Positions 1-7,493 of a stretch of 30,127 bases of DNA are shown here, piece by piece (within the stretch, counting starts at the first letter, position 1; every line of letters starts with the position of its first letter). Both the position numbers and the translations under genes were made by a program. The stretch comes from a virus (taxonomy: Duplodnaviria > Caudoviricetes), in IMG/VR virus record IMGVR_UViG_3300021408_000174, positions 1 through 30,127 of that record, one strand, 5' to 3'. The notes under the pieces were generated by a model. The model worked only from the letters and a program-made list of their open reading frames with translations, did no database searches and was not told where the DNA came from.

Positions 1-240
1 ATGCCTAAATCTGTTGAGATGCTACCTCTCCAGGAAATTGAAGCTATGTCAACATTTCTTTTGCAGGATCAAGTAGAAACGCTGCAGGAGGAGAACTGGC
101 GTATAGAGGCCCAGCTGGAGGAGTCCTACAGTATCCTGGAGGATTTGATCGCGTTGGACAGCTTAGAGGAGGTTGAGGAAATCATCCTACGGGCTCGTCG
201 ACTCCTCGAGGAAAAGCCTTTACTACCTAGTCCCTTTTAG
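1..240 (+). CDS. Acidic coiled-coil hypothetical protein (could extend upstream of the window)
   Basis: 79-aa ORF, Glu/Leu-rich heptad pattern, ends just before a promoter. Confidence 0.6.
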   Translation: MPKSVEMLPLQEIEAMSTFLLQDQVETLQEENWRIEAQLEESYSILEDLIALDSLEEVEEIILRARRLLEEKPLLPSPF

Positions 241-269
241 TTGACAAACTTAAGTAGTTTTCATATTTT
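241..269 (+). promoter_or_regulatory. Sigma70-type promoter
   Basis: TTGACA (241-246), 17-bp spacer, TATTTT (264-269) in an AT-rich intergenic gap; RBS AAGGAG at 288-293. Confidence 0.7.
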
Positions 270-302
270 ACATGAGAGTCCATTTGCAAGGAGCGCCTAT
301 TA

Positions 303-512
303 ATGGACATTCTCAATGTAAGTATTGACAAGCTACAATACCGACGTCCTGGTCTCAGTAAGATCAGCTTTACCGTTTCCTATAGACACTACAAAAGACG
401 CGGGACTGTTATTTATGATACCGTGAATAAGAAGTTTTTGAGCCACACCTCCGATCTAAAGCTGTTAGCGGTTGTGTGCGCGAGTCTTTCACGTTCTTCT
501 AGACAAAAGTGA
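303..512 (+). CDS. Small basic hypothetical protein
   Basis: 69-aa ORF preceded by promoter and AAGGAG; GTGA overlap with the next gene. Confidence 0.65.
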   Translation: MDILNVSIDKLQYRRPGLSKISFTVSYRHYKRRGTVIYDTVNKKFLSHTSDLKLLAVVCASLSRSSRQK

Positions 513-835
513 GGATTATGCCAGTAAAAACAGTATCTGATTTGAAGACGTTTGAAGCAGAGATGGAATCATCAGATAATATCCTCATTAAGTTTGAAGC
601 GGAGTGGTGCTACCCCTGCAAAGCAATGAAGCCAATCATGGAAGATTTTGCTAGCAAAAATCCTGATATTAAGGTACTATCGGTGGATATTGAAGGCGAT
701 GGTATTTATGGTATCCTGGGGAAGTTTGACGTGAAGTCAGTGCCCACGTTTATTCTAATAAAGAACGGCGCCACCACGAAAAGAGCGGTAGGCACCGTCA
801 CTCGTGTGGAACTGTCTTCTTTAGTGGAAGAGTAA
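509..835 (+). CDS. trxA: Thioredoxin
   Basis: F-x-A-x-WCYPCK active-site motif (CxxC), cis-Pro motif 'VKSVPTF', ~105 aa. Confidence 0.92.
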   Translation: MRIMPVKTVSDLKTFEAEMESSDNILIKFEAEWCYPCKAMKPIMEDFASKNPDIKVLSVDIEGDGIYGILGKFDVKSVPTFILIKNGATTKRAVGTVTRVELSSLVEE

Positions 836-836
836 C

Positions 837-1022
837 ATGGTCTTTTCGTTGTTTGGCTATATTTGCCCTGAAACGCGTCTAGATGGGTTTGGTCGTGTGG
901 ACGGCAGAATTTGGTTTTCTATTCCATTCTTTATGGACGACGTTAATCAACAAGTCATACATCTAAAGTTCCCCTTTGACGAACAAGAGGAAGAACTCTC
1001 TGAAGAAAAGATTCCGTATTAG
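837..1022 (+). CDS. Hypothetical protein
   Basis: 61-aa ORF tightly packed between neighbours. Confidence 0.55.
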   Translation: MVFSLFGYICPETRLDGFGRVDGRIWFSIPFFMDDVNQQVIHLKFPFDEQEEELSEEKIPY

Positions 1023-1025
1023 TTT

Positions 1026-1262
1026 ATGGATAAACTCACTCATATAAGTTTAACTAATTGCATTAAGGAGTTGGACTCTCTAGAGAAGCTCGTTCTGAGT
1101 GAGAAATTCACGCTGGAGGAGATTGCCAGTTGGATTTCCCAGATTAGCTGGGAACTATCAAATGTATTTAACAGGAAACGGTATAACTCGGATGAATTTC
1201 AGTATCGTCTGAGGAAGTTGATCAAAGAGAGAAAAAAGGATTTAAACAAAGATGTTTCATGA
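1026..1262 (+). CDS. Hypothetical helical protein
   Basis: 78-aa ORF in the operon path. Confidence 0.6.
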   Translation: MDKLTHISLTNCIKELDSLEKLVLSEKFTLEEIASWISQISWELSNVFNRKRYNSDEFQYRLRKLIKERKKDLNKDVS

Positions 1263-1434
1263 AGAAGACGAGGGGTATACTTGCCTGCATTGCACTCAGT
1301 GGATCCAGGATACCGGCGATTGGTTTTGCGACGAATGTAAGTTCCCAGTGTGTGAGCGCTGCGGCCGATATGATGGTGAAGAGGATATGTTTCTGTGTCC
1401 CGAATGCTTTCAGCTAGAGCCGGCCCATGAATGA
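1252..1434 (+). CDS. Small double zinc-finger protein
   Basis: Four CxxC pairs (CLHC, CDEC, CERC, CPEC) in 60 aa; AAGGA upstream. Confidence 0.7.
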   Translation: MFHEEDEGYTCLHCTQWIQDTGDWFCDECKFPVCERCGRYDGEEDMFLCPECFQLEPAHE

Positions 1435-1975
1435 GACCGCTAATATAAAAGAAGCCCCGCTGGCATATCTGTCGGGAGCCATTGCTAATGCCCCCGATGG
1501 TGGCGCGGGTTGGCGGAATGACATCATCCCCCACTTATCTGCGTTGGGGTACCGTATCTATAACCCGGTGACCGATCAGCCCAAGGCGACCGGCGTATCT
1601 CGAGATGTCTTGAAGGAACAGTTGAAGAGTGACTTGGATGCGTACCAAGTTTCGTGTCAAAAGATAGTAAAAGCCGACTTGCAGGCGATTTGCCATGCAA
1701 ACATCGTGGTGGCCAGGATCGATAAGTACCTCAGTGCGGGGTCTTACGGCGAATTAACGGTAGCCCGTATGAAAGACATTCCGGTATTTGCTTGGGTTGA
1801 TTTACCAGGCGGTATTAAGTCGTTGCCTGCATGGGCCGTCGGGTGTATCACCCATTTTAGTCTTCATGGGTTGGATTTCTATAAACTCATACCGTCGGCG
1901 ACTGCCTTAATGGGTGGTCCCTCGAATCAGCTGGGGTTGCCTTTCTATGAGACGGCATCTTGGTTAGGGAAATGA
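1427..1975 (+). CDS. Nucleoside 2-deoxyribosyltransferase-superfamily protein (nucleotide N-glycosidase fold)
   Basis: YLSGAI...WR...YNP, DL-x-x-I...IVVA, and S-A-G-S-Y-G-E-L with the conserved catalytic Glu of the NDT fold. Confidence 0.8.
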   Translation: MNETANIKEAPLAYLSGAIANAPDGGAGWRNDIIPHLSALGYRIYNPVTDQPKATGVSRDVLKEQLKSDLDAYQVSCQKIVKADLQAICHANIVVARIDKYLSAGSYGELTVARMKDIPVFAWVDLPGGIKSLPAWAVGCITHFSLHGLDFYKLIPSATALMGGPSNQLGLPFYETASWLGK

Positions 1976-1977
1976 TA

Positions 1978-2256
1978 ATGGCAACAAAAAATAAAGCTAA
2001 ACCAAAAAAGGTTATCGAGAGGGGAAATCCTCACCTGATGGGTTCGGAAAAAGTTGCTGTAGAGATTCCCGATGAGGTGATTACGTATATTGTGACTCGG
2101 TATCTGGGCCGTCGTTCGACGGAGGGGGTGCCATTGGTAGTGGGCATATCCAGCGATGATGTAGAAACCGTGCTTGCTCTATTTATTGAATGGGCGGCGC
2201 AAAAGAACTACATTAAAGATGGTGTCATGTTTATCGGTGGGACTCCGATTGGTTAA
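1978..2256 (+). CDS. Hypothetical protein with basic N-terminus (possible paralog of 3328-3501)
   Basis: ORF track 1960-2256; ATG 1978 follows AGGGA RBS (alternative ATG 1972 overlaps the upstream stop). Confidence 0.65.
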   Translation: MATKNKAKPKKVIERGNPHLMGSEKVAVEIPDEVITYIVTRYLGRRSTEGVPLVVGISSDDVETVLALFIEWAAQKNYIKDGVMFIGGTPIG

Positions 2257-2257
2257 T

Positions 2258-3328
2258 ATGGTTTTACCTAGAATTGCAGGCGACCTTTATCACAAATACA
2301 GACCGCAAAGATTTGAAGAGCTTAGCGGTCACGCCGCTATTGTTAAGAGCATAAAGAACGCTATAGCAGCTAAGGATCCGCCTCAGTCTTTTCTCCTGTG
2401 TGGGGAGTCGGGCACTGGAAAAACTAGTACAGCGCGAATAATAGCTTTAGCTATTAACTGCCTGGACAAAGGGGCAGACGGCGAGCCGTGCTTGAAGTGC
2501 CAGCCATGCAAGGTGATTCTTTCTGGTAACTGCGTTGACGTGGTCGAGAAAAACGCAGCTGACCACAGAGGTATCGATGCGATCAGGGAGATAGCCGGCA
2601 CGATGTCGTCGATGGGCATGCAGCTTCAGAACAAGGTGTATATTTTCGACGAGGCTCACGGCTTAACCAAAGAAGCTCAGTCTTCTATGTTGAAAGTGCT
2701 GGAAGAAGCCCCCAAGGGAATCTTCATTATCCTGTGCACGACCCACCCGGAGAAACTACTCCTTACGGTCAAGAACCGTTGCCAGATTTTCAAGTTCAAG
2801 CCGCTCACGCGAGACGACACGATTAAGCTGCTGACTGAGGTCTGTACCTACGAAGGAGTAGATATTGCGCCCACCACGATCGAGAAAATCGCTGACGTTT
2901 CTCACGGCACGCCTCGCAATGCCTTGGTTTACCTGCAGCAGGTCCTCCAACTAGATACGCGCGATGAGCAGGAAATCGCGACTTTGCTGGAGACGGAAGA
3001 GGCTGGCGGCGAAGATCTTTACCAGTTCTTTTCGGTTTTCGCCAAGGGGGCAACCTGGCTTGGTATCGTGGAAGCCTACACCGAAGTTCAGAATATGGGA
3101 GCCCCTGCTTTGGGCATGTGCTTGGCTGGGCACTTTAGGAAAAAGCTACTTGCATGTAAAAATGCAGAACTATCTTGGGTTTATGCTGACTTATTGGAGC
3201 TATTCGTGGTTCCGTTTGATGATGGGAAACTCGGAGAGAATAACCTAGTCTTGAATCTCAACAAAGCATTTAGACTCTGTCGTAATTTGCCGGCGCCGTA
3301 CGGAAAGGGCGCTTATGGTAGGGCTTAG
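2258..3328 (+). CDS. dnaX: DNA polymerase III gamma/tau-like clamp-loader ATPase (gamma-length, 356 aa)
   Basis: LYHKYRPQRFEEL N-terminal motif, Walker A GESGTGKT, Zn module C...EPCLKCQPC, Walker B IFDEAH, LKVLEE, NRC (SRC) arginine finger, G-x-x-RNAL sensor; start moved to ATG 2258 right after the upstream stop. Confidence 0.93.
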   Translation: MVLPRIAGDLYHKYRPQRFEELSGHAAIVKSIKNAIAAKDPPQSFLLCGESGTGKTSTARIIALAINCLDKGADGEPCLKCQPCKVILSGNCVDVVEKNAADHRGIDAIREIAGTMSSMGMQLQNKVYIFDEAHGLTKEAQSSMLKVLEEAPKGIFIILCTTHPEKLLLTVKNRCQIFKFKPLTRDDTIKLLTEVCTYEGVDIAPTTIEKIADVSHGTPRNALVYLQQVLQLDTRDEQEIATLLETEEAGGEDLYQFFSVFAKGATWLGIVEAYTEVQNMGAPALGMCLAGHFRKKLLACKNAELSWVYADLLELFVVPFDDGKLGENNLVLNLNKAFRLCRNLPAPYGKGAYGRA

Positions 3329-3501
3329 TGGCTCTTAATGACACAGATAATATCTTAGTTGATCCAGAAGCGATTGCTTATATTGAGAGCAAAGAGGGCT
3401 CAGGGCTGGCGAAGTTTGAAGTCATCGAGTTGTTCTTCGAATGGCTCAAGACACAACCCAGGGCTAAGCAGGTTGAGTTTTTACGGGAAGCTTTAAGTTG
3501 A
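3328..3501 (+). CDS. Small hypothetical protein (57 aa), not in the ORF track
   Basis: GTG overlaps the dnaX stop; translates MALNDTDNILVDPEAIAYIESKEGSGLAKFEVIELFFEWLKTQPRAKQVEFLREALS; TGA overlaps TTG of the next ORF, filling the gap exactly. Confidence 0.75.
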   Translation: MALNDTDNILVDPEAIAYIESKEGSGLAKFEVIELFFEWLKTQPRAKQVEFLREALS

Positions 3502-3785
3502 AGCTGCCGGTTTGGGATCCTATGTACGATCGGATGGGAGTGACTGCTCGTGAGTTATATATGCGGCAGAACGGTTTGTGTTGGCTGGTGCCACAGATAA
3601 CCCCTGAGGGCGAGGTGGCGCTGTTCTGTACGGATGGCGAGGAGGTTGGCCAAACCTCAAATATGTTGAATCCCACTCATGAGTGTGTGAAATGTATTTC
3701 TGGGTTTACTGAGAGGTTAATCAAGGATGCGTTACAAAATGACGAACCGGAGAACCGGGAAGACCCTTCTGGCAATGATTCTTGA
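3498..3785 (+). CDS. Hypothetical protein
   Basis: 95-aa ORF, TTGA coupling to the previous gene; contains C...C...HxCxxC. Confidence 0.55.
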   Translation: MKLPVWDPMYDRMGVTARELYMRQNGLCWLVPQITPEGEVALFCTDGEEVGQTSNMLNPTHECVKCISGFTERLIKDALQNDEPENREDPSGNDS

Positions 3786-4017
3786 TACATACCAGGAGTA
3801 CCGTAACTTGGGATATCCAATCGATCCCGCTGTGTACGTGATTCGAGCGGTCCCAGAGACTCTCGAGCGTGTCATGTTATTATTGGATAAGGGCGCGATC
3901 ACTAAAAAAGAAACCGCAAAGAATTGGGGTTTCCAGTTAGAGGCGGATTCTAGATTGGGGGCGGATGAAATAATTTTCGGCCCTGAATTAGTAACTATTA
4001 GATGGAGTGACAAGTAA
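3727..4017 (+). CDS. Hypothetical protein (true start may be 3739 or 3775)
   Basis: 96-aa ORF; TAATG coupling to the next gene. Confidence 0.55.
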   Translation: MRYKMTNRRTGKTLLAMILDTYQEYRNLGYPIDPAVYVIRAVPETLERVMLLLDKGAITKKETAKNWGFQLEADSRLGADEIIFGPELVTIRWSDK

Positions 4018-4592
4018 TGGGGTGTCAAGGCTGTGGGGACAAGGCTTCTACAAGACATAAGCCTACTATAGTAGTTAAAGATGTAGATCAGGAAACTATT
4101 CCGGCAATGGAGCAAGGCACTTTTGCGGCTAAAAAAGTGCCCGCCCCTCCTGTAGAGAGGATTTCAGGCTTGAAGGATTACGATGAAGCTTTTGGGGGTG
4201 CTCAACCGGCCCACCCACATATCGAAAGGCCGCCACGTCCACAGGAACAGATGTCCTTGCAAGAAGCGTTCGAATCGGCTAAGGGCTTGTCAGTAGACGA
4301 ACTGATGGGCAGGCTAGCTGATTTCCAGCAGACGCAGGATCGAGAGATTGAGCGGGCGTTTTCTGAGATGACGCATCCGATGCGACTTTTCCACGTGCTG
4401 AACTTACTCTCAATTGCCAACTACGAAAACCTATCATCCCCTGGAATCAGCCCTGAGCAGGCTGTCGTCGGTTTGAAGACGGCGCTTGATCGAAAAGACT
4501 TTAGTGAAGTCAATAAGTTATACCCAACTCTAAGAGCAAAGGTGCACGCTCGATTCGAGCAGCTCGCGGTAAATAAAATACGATTAGATTAG
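4017..4592 (+). CDS. Hypothetical protein with N-terminal MGCxxCG motif
   Basis: 191-aa ORF, GGAG RBS, last gene before an AT-rich gap. Confidence 0.7.
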   Translation: MGCQGCGDKASTRHKPTIVVKDVDQETIPAMEQGTFAAKKVPAPPVERISGLKDYDEAFGGAQPAHPHIERPPRPQEQMSLQEAFESAKGLSVDELMGRLADFQQTQDREIERAFSEMTHPMRLFHVLNLLSIANYENLSSPGISPEQAVVGLKTALDRKDFSEVNKLYPTLRAKVHARFEQLAVNKIRLD

Positions 4593-4632
4593 TTAGGATT
4601 TTTTTGGCAACGATAACTTATTCATTTATTTA

Positions 4633-4661
4633 TTTACATACGGACTTTTTTGCCTTATTAT
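4633..4661 (+). promoter_or_regulatory. Sigma70-type promoter
   Basis: TTTACA (4633-4638), 17-bp spacer, TATTAT (4656-4661). Confidence 0.75.
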
Positions 4662-4689
4662 AGTAATAACGCTACTTTATGGAAACCCG

Positions 4690-5430
4690 TTGAATCCACT
4701 GTTAGATTTAGACACGATGCGCGCTTCCGGCCGTATCCTTGCGCAGGTGTTAGAAACAGCGTGTGCTGAATGGATTCGAGTTGGGATTACCCCGGCTGAA
4801 ATTTCGGAGCGTGCGGACCAAGCTATCCGCTCCCATCAAGGAGCGGTTCCAGCTTTTTTCGGTTATAATGGTTTTCCTGCGGCAGCGTGTATTTCAGTAA
4901 ACGATGAAATCCTGCATGGTATTCCGTCCCAGAGAAAACTTCAGGATGGTGATATTGTCAGGCTGGATTGTGGTGTGGCGTTGGATGGTCACTACACTGA
5001 CGCATGTCGGTCTGTGGTTCTAGATCCGGTTCCACAGCGACTACGCCTCCTACTTAAAGTCACGCGAGAGGCTCTTGATAAAGGTATTGAAGCGGCTCGG
5101 GTGGGAAACCACATTGGTGATATCTCCTATGCTATCCAGCGCCACGTCGAGAGAAAAGGGTTTAAAGCCAGCTCGGATTTTACCGGCCACGGCATAGGCC
5201 ATAAGCTGCATATGGCTCCAAGCATTCCGAATTGTGGTCCTCCTGGACAGGGGGAACTGATTACTGAAGGGGTTTGTTTCGCCATCGAGCCAGTGATTTT
5301 TGATGGGCCCATGGGTGCACGACTTCGTTCTGATAAGTGGACTATTTTTTCTCCAACTCAGACACCTTCGGCGCACTTTGAAGACACAGTAATCGTAACC
5401 TTGTTTGGACCGGAGGTAATCACCAGATGA
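4690..5430 (+). CDS. map: Methionine aminopeptidase type I
   Basis: Y-x-GFP...CISVNDEILHGIPS, DGDIV-x-LD-x-G, YTDAC, GHGIG-x-x-LH, FAIEP, SAHFEDTV: all five metal ligands (D, D, H, E, E) present. Confidence 0.96.
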   Translation: MNPLLDLDTMRASGRILAQVLETACAEWIRVGITPAEISERADQAIRSHQGAVPAFFGYNGFPAAACISVNDEILHGIPSQRKLQDGDIVRLDCGVALDGHYTDACRSVVLDPVPQRLRLLLKVTREALDKGIEAARVGNHIGDISYAIQRHVERKGFKASSDFTGHGIGHKLHMAPSIPNCGPPGQGELITEGVCFAIEPVIFDGPMGARLRSDKWTIFSPTQTPSAHFEDTVIVTLFGPEVITR

Positions 5431-6092
5431 AAACTCTATTTGCCCTCATGTTTCTTTACGGCTCTATTGGTTGCTCAACGAGTGGGTGTGGAGCTGCTTC
5501 GACTCAGGTGGATTTAAGTTCCCCTAACTACGTGAATTATATCTCCGAGCGAACAGTACTAGTTCGAGTTGACTGTCCCGATCACGCGAGAGACCACCGC
5601 GGGACTGGCGTTATTATGGGCGGCGACAAAATTTTAACTGTTGGCCACGTAATTGCCAATTCGGTTGGTTGCCAGATACTGGTTCGGCGGGAAGGGGAGA
5701 TGGCGCAAAGAGCTGACGTATTTAAGCAGAATAAAGCCGCTGATTGGGCTCTCCTGACCACAGTAGCGCACGGCTATAGTGTAAGCACTGAGTTAGGTAA
5801 GGTAACGTTAGGGCTTCCCATTGCCTGTGCTGGCTATCCTGTTCAGTATACGGATACAGAAACCCCGTATTTGTCGTATACCGAGGGGCTGGTTAGCACA
5901 ATCAATGTAAGGGATATCAGTAACGGTATTCACTATCATCGAGTATCTGCTTATATGTGGGCTGGAAGCAGCGGCGGTGGTTGTTTTGACCGTGAAGGTC
6001 GCCTTATTGGATTATCGCGTATGTTATACGTTGATGCTCAAGGATATTTCTACATTTTGCGCTCTAGCGACTTAGGAAAAATCATGAAATGA
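5427..6092 (+). CDS. Trypsin-like (S1) serine protease, putative lipoprotein
   Basis: Signal peptide with lipobox-like Cys (SIGC); GTGV, ILTVGHVI (His), ADWALL (Asp), GYP, GSSGGG (Ser), G-x-LIG. Confidence 0.88.
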   Translation: MKTLFALMFLYGSIGCSTSGCGAASTQVDLSSPNYVNYISERTVLVRVDCPDHARDHRGTGVIMGGDKILTVGHVIANSVGCQILVRREGEMAQRADVFKQNKAADWALLTTVAHGYSVSTELGKVTLGLPIACAGYPVQYTDTETPYLSYTEGLVSTINVRDISNGIHYHRVSAYMWAGSSGGGCFDREGRLIGLSRMLYVDAQGYFYILRSSDLGKIMK

Positions 6093-6286
6093 CGGATACA
6101 CTGTGTTCTGATTGTATGCGCGGATATTACGTTCGAGCTGATGCCCGGGCGGATAATGAGTATTATTACTGCAACAACTGCTATAAGACGAGATTTCCTG
6201 AAGATTTGGTGGGTGATGAACCCACTGACCAATTGACGGAGATTTTTAAGTATATAGACGAAATGTTTGCAGATTCGGACGACTAA
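6089..6286 (+). CDS. Small zinc-ribbon protein
   Basis: CSDC...YYYCNNC; ATGA coupling to the protease gene. Confidence 0.65.
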   Translation: MTDTLCSDCMRGYYVRADARADNEYYYCNNCYKTRFPEDLVGDEPTDQLTEIFKYIDEMFADSDD

Positions 6287-6304
6287 CTAAGGAGCGCCTA
6301 CTTC

Positions 6305-7351
6305 ATGTTAAAGAGTGTAGCTATTTCAATGGTTGTGGTGTGTACGATGCTTTTGGATCGTGGTGTGTGGGCTGACGACCACAGTGCAGTCGATCGGACT
6401 GAAGTTTCTGACCACGTGGTCGAGAGCAAAGTCTATTTTGAGTTTAACTCCGACGTGCTTTCCCCAGCTGGTCGTGCCAAGCTTGATGAGGTGGTCAACT
6501 GGGTTGAGGGTAGAGAGGCTGGCCTAATCCTGATTGAGGGTCATGCTGACAAGGTGGGATCGCCTGAGTATAACAAAGGATTGGCTCAGCGTCGGGCACA
6601 GGCTACTAAAGAGTATTTGGTCAAGCAGGGTGTGGTGCCTAAGATGATTAAGATATTATCTTATGGTGAAGGCTTGCCGGCTTTTGATACCGAAGATGAG
6701 TCCAAGGCGAACCGACGCGTTGTTCTTTTCGCGGTCCAAAAGGAGCCGATTATTCAGGTTAAGACGGTTACGAAGGTTGTTGAGCGTGTCGTTAAGGTGC
6801 CAGTCAAAGAGAAGGTTTATGTTTATCAGACTGCCCCTGTGGCTGAGTATAAGCCGCTCGGCGTCCAATTTATGTTTGGTGGCGGGCTAACAAACTCTCT
6901 TGACCGTGACACGGAAGACGTGGTGGGGCTTGGTGGTGCGTGGGATGCGCGATTTGCTTTCTTTAACCGTAATTTGTTAGGGTTTGAGCTTGGTTATATC
7001 GGTAGTGCTCAAGAGGTTTTCAACGATACTACTGTGTTGTTAGGCAACGGTGTTGAAGCCAATCTTCGGCTCAATTTGCTGCCTGATGCAGTCGGCCAGC
7101 CCTATGCTTTTGCTGGTGTAGGTTGGAGCTATTACAAGTTTGCCAGGTCTGCTATTGAGGGTAACGATAGTGTCGTTCATGTGCCTGCCGGTTTGGGCCT
7201 CTCGCTTAAGCTTTACCGGGGTCTTACCCTGGATGTACGCGGCACAGTGCGAGCGGCTTTCGACGATGAGCTTTTTGATGGGTTAAACGTGGGTGAGGAC
7301 GCGGGCCTGGAGCATTGGTCTGCTACAGGTCTTATGGGTATTGAGTTTTAG
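6305..7351 (+). CDS. OmpA-like peptidoglycan-binding domain fused N-terminally to an outer-membrane beta-barrel
   Basis: Signal peptide; VYFEFNSDVL, IEGHAD-x-x-G-x-x-x-YN-x-x-LAQRRA, YGE-x-x-P, NRRV (OmpA_C); C-terminal ~165 aa of amphipathic strands (QPYAFAGVGWSYY, GLGLSLKL) ending in Phe. Confidence 0.88.
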   Translation: MLKSVAISMVVVCTMLLDRGVWADDHSAVDRTEVSDHVVESKVYFEFNSDVLSPAGRAKLDEVVNWVEGREAGLILIEGHADKVGSPEYNKGLAQRRAQATKEYLVKQGVVPKMIKILSYGEGLPAFDTEDESKANRRVVLFAVQKEPIIQVKTVTKVVERVVKVPVKEKVYVYQTAPVAEYKPLGVQFMFGGGLTNSLDRDTEDVVGLGGAWDARFAFFNRNLLGFELGYIGSAQEVFNDTTVLLGNGVEANLRLNLLPDAVGQPYAFAGVGWSYYKFARSAIEGNDSVVHVPAGLGLSLKLYRGLTLDVRGTVRAAFDDELFDGLNVGEDAGLEHWSATGLMGIEF

Positions 7352-7422
7352 CAGAGCGGTGGGTAGGATTTTTCGCGCCCTAATAAAAAGTTAACTTGAA
7401 AGGGTTCAACTCTGTTAAAGGT

Positions 7423-7451
7423 TTTACAAACTTCAAAGGTTATCTTATTAT
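7423..7451 (+). promoter_or_regulatory. Sigma70-type promoter of the HNH gene
   Basis: TTTACA (7423-7428), 17-bp spacer, TATTAT (7446-7451); RBS GGAGG at 7482-7486. Confidence 0.75.
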
Positions 7452-7493
7452 TACTAGGAGCGTTGTTGCTCAATAATCTTTGGAGGAAGTAAA

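Noticed and set aside
3138-3146. G AAA AAG in dnaX resembling the E. coli gamma frameshift site
   Set aside because: Not the A AAA AAG heptamer, and the gene is already gamma-length with no tau extension
3739-3775. RRTGKT Walker-A-like motif in ORF 3727-4017
   Set aside because: Lies in the overlap with the upstream gene, no Walker B, and the protein is too short for an NTPase
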